Origin: Candidatus Methylomirabilis oxygeniifera
GTDB lineage: Bacteria > Methylomirabilota > Methylomirabilia > Methylomirabilales > Methylomirabilaceae
Direction: 5' to 3'
Assembly: GCA_000091165.1 (NCBI GenBank)
Contig: FP565575.1
Location: 990,001-1,022,000 of the forward strand
DNA length: 32,000 bases
Made by a program: the position numbers and the translations under genes. The notes beneath the pieces were generated by a model. It made no database searches and was not told the origin of the DNA. It saw only the letters and a list, made by a program, of their open reading frames with translations. Shown here one piece after another: positions 24,869 to 32,000 of this stretch; position 1 is the stretch's first letter; every line of letters begins with the position of its first letter.

Positions 24869-25945
24869 ATGAAGATTACGACGTTACGGCGTAAGATCGA
24901 TCGGATCGATTCACAGATCGTATCGCTGCTCGGCGAGCGGGCCGAGCTCGTAGTCTCGATCGGGCAGGAAAAAGCCAGGGCAAATCTCAACGTCCACGTT
25001 CCCCAGCGCGAGGAAGAGATTGTCACCCGTCTGATACGGCAAAATAAAGGCCGCTTTCCAGCCCACGCGATCAGGCCTGTCTTTCGAGAGATCATTTCAG
25101 CCTGTCGAGCCGTACAGGGGCCGCTGAAGCTGGCCTATCTTGGTCCGGAAGGGACGTTCACCAACGTGGCCTGCGCTCGGCGGTTTGGGGGTTCGGCCCA
25201 CTTCGTGCCGGTCCACACCATCAGTGATGTGTTTGCCGAGGTGGAAAAGGGGAACGTCGAGTACGGGATCGTGCCGATTGAAAACTCCAGCGAAGGCGTG
25301 GTCAGCCACACCTTAGATATGTTTGTTGACTCCGACTTGAAGATCTGCGGGGAAATCCTCCTAGGGGTGTCCCACAGCCTCCTGTCTAAATCAGGCGATC
25401 TGAGGAAGGTGAAAAAGGTCTACTCACATCCGCACGCATTCGCTCAGTCACGGAAGTGGCTGGAGGCGAATCTGCCTCACGTTCCGCTCTTTGAGGCGTC
25501 CAGTACGGCTGCGGCGGCAAAGCTCGTCACGAAGGATACGACCGCCGCGGCCATCGCCAGCGAACTGGCGGCAAGCCTGTACAAGCTTCGAGTTATTTCT
25601 AGGAAAATAGAGGATACGCCTTGTAATGTCACAAGATTCCTGATCATAGGCCAGAACGGTCCCGCACCAACCGATCACGATAAAACCTCCTTGATGTTCT
25701 CGATCAAAGATCGGGTCGGGGCGCTATATAGAATTCTGGAGCCGTTCGCGAAGTATCAGATCAATCTGACCAAGGTCGAGTCCCGCCCATCCAAGACGAA
25801 GGCGTGGGAGTATATCTTCTATTTGGATATTGAGGGGCACATTGCCGACGAGCCTGTTAAGGCCGCGCTCGCGCTCTTACAGGAGGAGTGTCTTTTTCTG
25901 AAGGTCCTCGGCTCGTACCCGAGAGAACGTTCAATCGAGAGCTGA
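24869..25945 (+). CDS. pheA: Bifunctional chorismate mutase / prephenate dehydratase
   Basis: N-terminal chorismate mutase helices; AYLGPEGTFTNVACARRFG; GIVPIENSSEGVVSHTLDMFVDS; CNVTRFLIIG; ACT domain with NLTKVESRPSKTKAWEYIFYLDIEGH. Confidence 0.97.
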   Translation: MKITTLRRKIDRIDSQIVSLLGERAELVVSIGQEKARANLNVHVPQREEEIVTRLIRQNKGRFPAHAIRPVFREIISACRAVQGPLKLAYLGPEGTFTNVACARRFGGSAHFVPVHTISDVFAEVEKGNVEYGIVPIENSSEGVVSHTLDMFVDSDLKICGEILLGVSHSLLSKSGDLRKVKKVYSHPHAFAQSRKWLEANLPHVPLFEASSTAAAAKLVTKDTTAAAIASELAASLYKLRVISRKIEDTPCNVTRFLIIGQNGPAPTDHDKTSLMFSIKDRVGALYRILEPFAKYQINLTKVESRPSKTKAWEYIFYLDIEGHIADEPVKAALALLQEECLFLKVLGSYPRERSIES

Positions 25946-25961
25946 GAGGGCCGGGAGAATT

Positions 25962-27098
25962 ATGGCCAAGTTGCTGGAAGAGATCGCCTCGCCGTATCTT
26001 CAGGGGCTGGCACCGTATATCCCCGGGAAACCGATCGGTGAAGTAGAGCGGGAACTCGGGATTACGGGGGCCATCAAGCTGGCATCAAACGAGAACCCTC
26101 TGGGTCCTTCGCCGTTGGCACTCCGCGCCCTACGAGATGCACTGTCGGAGAGTCATCGATATCCAGATGGCGGCGGCTATTACCTGAAGCAGGCGCTGGC
26201 GAAGCGCCTTGGGTTGACGCCGGATCATCTGGTGCTGGGGAACGGCTGTAATGAACTCCTTGAGCTGACGGCCCGCTGCTTCCTGCTGCCGGGCGACGAG
26301 GTCGTGATCGCCGATCCGGCGTTTGTCATTTACGGGATGCTGGCGCATCTGCAAGGGTGCACCACGGTCTGCGTGCCGCTGAAGGCGTGGACCCACGACC
26401 TTGAGGCCATGGCGAAGGCGGTGACCTCCAGGACCAAAATGGTCTTTGTCGGCAATCCAAACAATCCTACCGGCACGGCTGTACAGCCGGCAGAGCTGAC
26501 GGCGTTCATGGGCGCCATTCCGGACGATGTCATTGTGGTCGTCGATGAGGCGTATATCGAGTACGTCCCTCCCCGGATGATTCCGGATTCACTCAGATAT
26601 GTCCGGCAGGGACGATCGGTCATTGTACTTCGGACCTTCTCCAAGATCTATGGCTTGGCAGGGCTCCGGGTCGGGTATGGGATGGCGCCGCCGTCGATGG
26701 TGGAACTCCTCGAACGGATTCGCGCGCCGTTCAACGTCAATGCGTTAGCGCAGCGGGCTGCACTGGCTGCCCTCGATGACGAAGCCCACCTGTCAAGCAG
26801 CCGAACGATGAATGAGTTAGGCAGGGCGTACCTTTCCGGCGAGCTTCATCGTCTGGGGCTGGAGTGCCCGCCGTCAGTGGCGAATTTCCTGCTGGTCGAT
26901 CTGAAGCAGGACGGACGGGCAACGGCCGATGCGTTACTCCGAATGGGTGTCATCGTGCGCCCACTGGGAGGAGCCCTTTTGAAGAGCCATGTCCGCGTCA
27001 CTATCGGGACGCCTCCGGAGAACGAACGGTTCATGGAGGCGTTGAAAACAGTACTGCAAAAAGGCAGCGATCAACCAAAGCTGAGGGCTGATAGCTGA
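25962..27098 (+). CDS. hisC: Histidinol-phosphate aminotransferase
   Basis: LASNENPLGPSPLALRAL; NGCNELLELTARCFLLPGDEVV; VVDEAYIEYV; RTFSKIYGLAGLRVGYGMA. Confidence 0.94.
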   Translation: MAKLLEEIASPYLQGLAPYIPGKPIGEVERELGITGAIKLASNENPLGPSPLALRALRDALSESHRYPDGGGYYLKQALAKRLGLTPDHLVLGNGCNELLELTARCFLLPGDEVVIADPAFVIYGMLAHLQGCTTVCVPLKAWTHDLEAMAKAVTSRTKMVFVGNPNNPTGTAVQPAELTAFMGAIPDDVIVVVDEAYIEYVPPRMIPDSLRYVRQGRSVIVLRTFSKIYGLAGLRVGYGMAPPSMVELLERIRAPFNVNALAQRAALAALDDEAHLSSSRTMNELGRAYLSGELHRLGLECPPSVANFLLVDLKQDGRATADALLRMGVIVRPLGGALLKSHVRVTIGTPPENERFMEALKTVLQKGSDQPKLRADS

Positions 27099-27107
27099 AG
27101 TCCTAAC

Positions 27108-28121
27108 ATGATTATCATCCTCAAGCCGCATACGACCGAGGCGGAGATTGCCCTGGTCGTCAAGAAGATCGAAAGTTTTGGTCTGGCCGCTCACATCTCG
27201 AAAGGGACCGAGCGGACCATCATCGGGGCTATCGGCGATGAGCGGGCCCTTCAGGAGGGACCATTAGAGGCCTTCCCCTTTGTCGAACAGGTGCTGCCGA
27301 TTCTGAAGCCGTATAAACTGGCCAGTCGCGAATTCAAGCCCGACGGCTCCATCGTGAATGTAGACGGGGTGCTGGTGGGCGGTCGGCGGGTAGTGGTGAT
27401 GGCCGGGCCGTGCGCTGTGGAGAGTCGGGAAGGTCTGTTGCAGATCGCACAGTACGTGAAGACCGGTGGAGGACACATCCTCCGGGGCGGCGCGTATAAA
27501 CCTCGGACGTCCCCATACACCTTTCAAGGTCTGGGTGAGGAGGGGCTGGCCTATCTGGCCGAGGCCAAGCAGGCAACCGGATTGCCGATTGCGACTGAAC
27601 TGATGGACAGCCGTGATGCCGATGCGGTCTATCAATATGCCGACCTGATACAGATCGGCGCGAGGAACATGCAGAACTTCAAGCTCCTCACGGAGGTAGG
27701 GTCGCGTCGAAAGCCCGTTCTCCTGAAGAGAGGATCCAGCAGTACGGTCAAGGAGTTGTTGCTCGCCGCCGAGTATATTCTGTCGGAGGGCAACTACGAC
27801 GTCATCCTGTGCGAGCGCGGGATCAGGACCTTTGAGGACGCCACCCGCAACACATTGGATCTTTCGGCGGTCCCTCTGATCAAGCGGCTCTCCCACCTGC
27901 CGGTGGTCGTCGATCCGAGCCATGGGACAGGCAAGTGGCATCTGGTGTCGCCGATGGCGCTGGCAGCCATAGCGGCAGGCGCCGACGGCATCATGGTGGA
28001 GGTTCACCCTCATCCGGAAGAAGCCCTGTCCGACGGCCCGCAAGCCCTTGTGCCCAGCACATTCGAGACACTGATGAATGACCTGAATAGAGTCGCTCAG
28101 GCCGTAGGAAGGTCGCTGTGA
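27108..28121 (+). CDS. aroF: 3-deoxy-7-phosphoheptulonate synthase (DAHP synthase, AroF type)
   Basis: [50 protein letters not shown]; [18 protein letters not shown]; [40 protein letters not shown]. Confidence 0.96.
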   Translation: MIIILKPHTTEAEIALVVKKIESFGLAAHISKGTERTIIGAIGDERALQEGPLEAFPFVEQVLPILKPYKLASREFKPDGSIVNVDGVLVGGRRVVVMAGPCAVESREGLLQIAQYVKTGGGHILRGGAYKPRTSPYTFQGLGEEGLAYLAEAKQATGLPIATELMDSRDADAVYQYADLIQIGARNMQNFKLLTEVGSRRKPVLLKRGSSSTVKELLLAAEYILSEGNYDVILCERGIRTFEDATRNTLDLSAVPLIKRLSHLPVVVDPSHGTGKWHLVSPMALAAIAAGADGIMVEVHPHPEEALSDGPQALVPSTFETLMNDLNRVAQAVGRSL

Positions 28122-29065
28122 CCGGCGAGTTAAGGCCGGAGTCGGTTCATGATGCTGCCGCTTCAACGTCGCTTCCCCTTGTGCAGCGGCTTGCGATCAT
28201 CGGCCTGGGCCTGATCGGTTCAAGCGTGGGATTGGCCTGTCGCGCTCATGGTCTGGCCAAAGAGATCCGGGGAGCCGATATCGAGCCGGATCATCGCGCG
28301 CACGCGGTTGCGCTGGGCATCGTCGATCTCGCCTTCGCGGATATCGCCGCTGCGATTGAGGGAGCCGACATGGTCGTGCTTGCGGTGCCGGTCGGCGCGA
28401 TCGCACCGACGCTGGAGCAGATCGTCCCGCATTTGGCACCGGGCGCAGTAGTGACTGATGTGGGGAGCGTCAAGGGGGTTGTCGCGACAACGATGGACCG
28501 GCTGCTGCCGGCTGGTAACGGGGTACCGGGCCATCCGATCGCCGGCCGCGAGACGTCTGGGCCCGGCGCGGCGGCGGCCGAGCTGTTCGTCGGCGCAAAG
28601 TGCATACTGACCCCCGGCCGGTTGACCGATCCTGCCGCCGTTGCACGGGTTCGCGCCCTGTGGAGGGCAGTAGGGTCTGAGGTGCTGCAGATGCGTCCGG
28701 AGTGCCATGACGAGATCTTCGCGGCCATCAGCCATCTGCCGCACATCGTGGCCTATGCGCTGATGGGTGCTATACTTGATCTGGAAGGCGGCGAACATCT
28801 GCAGGCATTGGCGGGTGGCGGCTTGAGAGATTTCAGCCGAGTGGCCATGAGCCATCCGGTCATGTGGCGCGATATCTGCCTCGCCAACCGTGAGCCGATC
28901 CTGAAGATGATCGCTCGATTTCAGGGCGCCTTGAGCGATCTGGCTGCAATGATCAGCGCTGAAGACGGCGACGGCCTGCATCAGCGGTTTGCGAGGGCGC
29001 GCGCCTGTCGGGAGGGTCTTGGGAACGGGAATGAAGGGAACAATCGCGAGCGCCCTGGTCGGTGA
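28118..29065 (+). CDS. tyrA: Prephenate dehydrogenase
   Basis: LAIIGLGLIGSSVGLACRAHGLAKEIRGADIE; VLAVPVGAI; VVTDVGSVKG; GHPIAGRETSGPGAAAAELF; ALAGGGLRDFSRVAMSHPVMWRDICLAN. Confidence 0.95.
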   Translation: MTGELRPESVHDAAASTSLPLVQRLAIIGLGLIGSSVGLACRAHGLAKEIRGADIEPDHRAHAVALGIVDLAFADIAAAIEGADMVVLAVPVGAIAPTLEQIVPHLAPGAVVTDVGSVKGVVATTMDRLLPAGNGVPGHPIAGRETSGPGAAAAELFVGAKCILTPGRLTDPAAVARVRALWRAVGSEVLQMRPECHDEIFAAISHLPHIVAYALMGAILDLEGGEHLQALAGGGLRDFSRVAMSHPVMWRDICLANREPILKMIARFQGALSDLAAMISAEDGDGLHQRFARARACREGLGNGNEGNNRERPGR

Positions 29066-30200
29066 GCCCCGCGAGCGGGCGCTGCTGGTAGGGATTCATC
29101 GTAAGCGCGACCCGCGCTGGGAGGCGGAGGACTCGTTGGACGAACTTGCGCGTCTCGCGGGCTCGGCAGGCGCTGTGGTAATCGGAACCATCTTGCAGGA
29201 CCGCGATGTGCCGGACCCGCGCTATCTGATCGGGAAGGGCAAGGCGCAGGAGATCAAGGCGCAGTGGGGTGGGAAGGTGGATCTGCTGGTAATCGATGAG
29301 GAGCTGTCCGGATCGCAGCAGCGAAGCCTGGAGGAACTGACCGGATGGAAAACGGTCGATCGCCCGTTGCTGATCCTGGATATCTTCTCCCAGCGGGCCA
29401 GGAGCCGGGAGGGCAAGTTGCAGGTCGAACTGGCTCAGCTTGACTATCGCCTGCCCCGGCTGGTCGGAATGGGAACCCAACTCTCACGTTTGGGTGGCGG
29501 CATCGGAACACGCGGCCCTGGCGAAACCCAGTTGGAGACGGACCGGCGGACGATCCGGCGGCGTATGGCGAAGATTCGGGAGGAACTGGCCAAGGTCCGC
29601 CGTCATCGGGCGCTCTTGAGACGGCCTCGAAAACGCCATGCCATCCCGATCGTGGCTCTGGTCGGCTACACCAATGCCGGTAAGTCGACGCTCTTCAATG
29701 CCCTCACGCATTCGGGTGTTCAGACCGATGACGCCCTGTTTGTGACCCTTGATCCCATCTTGCGTCGAGTGACGATGGCCGACGGGTTCGGGTTTCTGCT
29801 CTCCGATACTGTAGGGTTTATCCGGCGCCTTCCTGAGCAATTGGTGACGGCGTTCAAGGCGACCCTTGAGGAGTTGGACGAGGCCGATCTTCTGCTGCAC
29901 GTAATCGACGCGAGCCATCCCCAGGTGATGGAACAGAAAGAGGCGGTCGACACGATTCTCAGGGAGCTTGGCCTCTCGACGAAGCCGATTGTCGAGGTAT
30001 TCAACAAGATGGATCGCTTGACGGGCGGGATTGGGCAATCTTTCATCGGCGGCAAGACGATAGTGCCGCGAGTGGCGATATCCGCCCTCACAGGGTATGG
30101 CCTCGATCGGCTACTGCAGACGGTGCGTGAGTCGCTTGCCCCTACCGCTTCGCAGGCGAGAGGATACGACCGGTTACCCTATCCCGCCGCTCACGCCTAA
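29031..30200 (+). CDS. hflX: GTPase HflX
   Basis: YLIGKGKAQEIKAQ; RAGSRE-like RARSREGKLQVELAQLDYRLPRL; GPGETQLETDRRTIRRRM; VALVGYTNAGKSTLFNAL; FLLSDTVGFIRRLPEQLVTAFKATLEE. Track start 28989. Confidence 0.96.
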   Translation: MKGTIASALVGEPRERALLVGIHRKRDPRWEAEDSLDELARLAGSAGAVVIGTILQDRDVPDPRYLIGKGKAQEIKAQWGGKVDLLVIDEELSGSQQRSLEELTGWKTVDRPLLILDIFSQRARSREGKLQVELAQLDYRLPRLVGMGTQLSRLGGGIGTRGPGETQLETDRRTIRRRMAKIREELAKVRRHRALLRRPRKRHAIPIVALVGYTNAGKSTLFNALTHSGVQTDDALFVTLDPILRRVTMADGFGFLLSDTVGFIRRLPEQLVTAFKATLEELDEADLLLHVIDASHPQVMEQKEAVDTILRELGLSTKPIVEVFNKMDRLTGGIGQSFIGGKTIVPRVAISALTGYGLDRLLQTVRESLAPTASQARGYDRLPYPAAHA

Positions 30201-30237
30201 GGTTGATCACCCCTTTCCGCCGGTCGGAGCCCTGTTG

Positions 30238-30768
30238 ATGCTGAACCTTGCCAATAGCCTCACAATTCTCAGGATCTTTATGACCCCCGTCATCTCGATC
30301 CTGTTAGTCTATCAGTTTTGGAGGCTTGGCCTGGCAACCTTTCTACTGGCAGGAGTCACCGACGCCCTTGACGGATTCATCGCGCGTTCGAGGGCCCAGC
30401 GAACAGAGCTGGGGATGATCCTGGACCCGCTGGCCGACAAGCTGTTACTCTCTGCGACCTTCGTGACGCTGGTCTACCTGCGTCAGATTCCGCAGTGGCT
30501 GTTCATCATCATCGTCAGCCGCGACCTGATATTGATCGGCGGTTTCTTGATTGTGTATCTGGTGACCGGTCAGACCACGGTGTCTGTCTCACGGATGGGG
30601 AAGCTCACGACAGGCCTGCAGGTTCTGACCGTGCTGGCGACGCTCATCGCGCGCGTCAACGGCGGGATCGGCCCCTATGTGCCGTGGATCATCTATCTTG
30701 CCGCAGCGGTAACGGTTGTTTCAGGGCTCGATTACGTTCGTCAAGGCGTACGGGCGCTGAGCCGGTAA
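30238..30768 (+). CDS. CDP-alcohol phosphatidyltransferase family protein (second pgsA-like gene)
   Basis: MLNLANSLTILRIFMTPVISILLVYQF; DALDGFIARSRAQRTELGMILDPLADKLLLSATF. Confidence 0.9.
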   Translation: MLNLANSLTILRIFMTPVISILLVYQFWRLGLATFLLAGVTDALDGFIARSRAQRTELGMILDPLADKLLLSATFVTLVYLRQIPQWLFIIIVSRDLILIGGFLIVYLVTGQTTVSVSRMGKLTTGLQVLTVLATLIARVNGGIGPYVPWIIYLAAAVTVVSGLDYVRQGVRALSR

Positions 30769-30831
30769 AATGTACTGGTGTAGGCGTCGTGATAGTGGCC
30801 CAGGATGTTACACAGGCGTAGGAGTTCCGCA

Positions 30832-32000
30832 ATGACTCACCCATCCCAGGTTGCCTGGAGACCGGACCGGCAGATCATTGCACAGGCCAACATCACCCGA
30901 TTCATGGGGGAGTACGGCATCGCCTCATATGAAGAGCTGATCCGCAAGTCCACCACGGAGACCGAGTGGTTCTGGGATGCGCTACCGCGTGCCCTCGATA
31001 TTGAATGGTTTACCCCCTATACCCGGGTGATGGACACCGCGCCGGGGATTCCGTGGACAGAGTGGTACGTGGGCGGGACGCTCAACATTGCTCACAACTG
31101 CCTCGACCGCCACGCCTCAGGGCCCACGGCCGACAGGCTGGCCCTCATCGCCGAGACCGAGGACGGCGGGCTTACCCATTGGACTTATGGCGACTTAGCG
31201 CAGCGCGTCAATCGGATCGCCTCAGCCATGCGGGGCCTGGGAATCAAGCGGGGGGAGACGGTCGGGATCTATATGCCCATGATCGCCGACGTCGTGACCG
31301 TCCTGCTGGCGTGCCTGAAGATCGGAGCCGTTGCCATTCCCATCTTCTCCGGCTTCGCGCCGCGAGCCGTCGCGGAGAGGCTGCGGGACGGCGGCGCCCG
31401 CCTGCTGTTTACCGCCGACTACGCGTTCCGACGGGGAAGGCGCGTCGAGCTGAAAGCCGCTGCCGATGAGGCCGCTGCCCTGACGCCATCCGTCGAGCGT
31501 CTGGTTGTGTGGCGTCGCTCGGACGAGCCGATCCCGTGGAGAATCGAGCGGGATCTGACCTGGGAGGAGTTTCTGGCCTCGGGTGCGCCAAGTTGTGAGA
31601 CGGAGGCGATGGCATCGATGGAGCCGGCGATGCTTCTGTACACCTCTGGGACAACCGGACATCCGAAAGGGACGGTCCACTCTCACGCCGGCGCCCTCAT
31701 CCAGATTGCCAAGGAGATCAGGTATCACTTTGACCTCAAGACCGCCGACCGCTTCTTCTGGCTTACCGATATCGGCTGGATGATGGGACCCTGGATGATC
31801 ATCGGTTGTCTGTACCATGGCGGAACCGTGGTACTCTATGAGGGAGCACCGGAATACCCGACACCGGACCGCCTGTGGCAGCTCGTGGACCGTCATCAAA
31901 TTACGATTCTCGGCATTTCTCCTACCGTCATCCGTATGCTCATGCGGGAGGGTGTCGACTGGGTCAGGCGCGATGCACTCTCTTCGCTGCGCATTCTTGG
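30832..32000 (+). CDS. Acetyl-CoA synthetase-like AMP-dependent synthetase (partial, runs off window)
   Basis: Translation MTHPSQVAWRPDRQIIAQANITRFMGEYGIASYEELIRKS...; AMP-binding motif LLYTSGTTGHPKGTVHSHAGALIQIAKEI; FFWLTDIGWMMGPWMIIG; LGISPTVIRMLMREG. GGAG upstream of ATG. Confidence 0.9.
   Translation, partial: MTHPSQVAWRPDRQIIAQANITRFMGEYGIASYEELIRKSTTETEWFWDALPRALDIEWFTPYTRVMDTAPGIPWTEWYVGGTLNIAHNCLDRHASGPTADRLALIAETEDGGLTHWTYGDLAQRVNRIASAMRGLGIKRGETVGIYMPMIADVVTVLLACLKIGAVAIPIFSGFAPRAVAERLRDGGARLLFTADYAFRRGRRVELKAAADEAAALTPSVERLVVWRRSDEPIPWRIERDLTWEEFLASGAPSCETEAMASMEPAMLLYTSGTTGHPKGTVHSHAGALIQIAKEIRYHFDLKTADRFFWLTDIGWMMGPWMIIGCLYHGGTVVLYEGAPEYPTPDRLWQLVDRHQITILGISPTVIRMLMREGVDWVRRDALSSLRIL

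Noticed and set aside
27264-28166. 300-aa minus-strand ORF antisense to aroF
   Set aside because: Shadow of a strongly conserved DAHP synthase gene.
31005-31469. 154-aa plus-strand ORF inside the acetyl-CoA synthetase region
   Set aside because: Out-of-frame relative to the continuous AMP-dependent synthetase reading frame that runs off the window.

Overview
GC-rich bacterial chromosome window, mostly housekeeping genes with one accessory-rich stretch (about 4.2-13.6 kb). Minus strand, 1-3.1 kb: partial MscS channel, DUF4197 protein, MscL with a C-terminal zinc ribbon, membrane-anchored Mrr-like protein, small membrane protein. Plus strand: TPR protein; a complete IS1595-family element (4237-6219) with cargo, imperfect 24-bp terminal inverted repeats and a perfect 8-bp target duplication (TTTGTTCT), sitting beside the regulatory region of an intein-containing B12-dependent ribonucleotide reductase that has two NrdR-box-like sites 32 bp apart; a Fic protein; dcd; an HTH-nucleotidyltransferase/HEPN pair in which both partners lack the canonical catalytic motifs; two tandem tiny Lys/Ala-rich ORFs; then lptC-lptA-lptB-rpoN-hpf-rapZ, a lipoate ligase, pgsA, plsY, lysC, a ComEA-like gene, scpA, scpB, rluB, pheA, hisC, aroF, tyrA, hflX, a second pgsA-like gene and a partial acetyl-CoA synthetase-like gene. 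The least expected items are the cargo-bearing IS1595 element, the degenerate NTase/HEPN pair and the duplicated Lys/Ala-rich mini-ORFs. All family calls come from motif recognition by eye. No database search was run.
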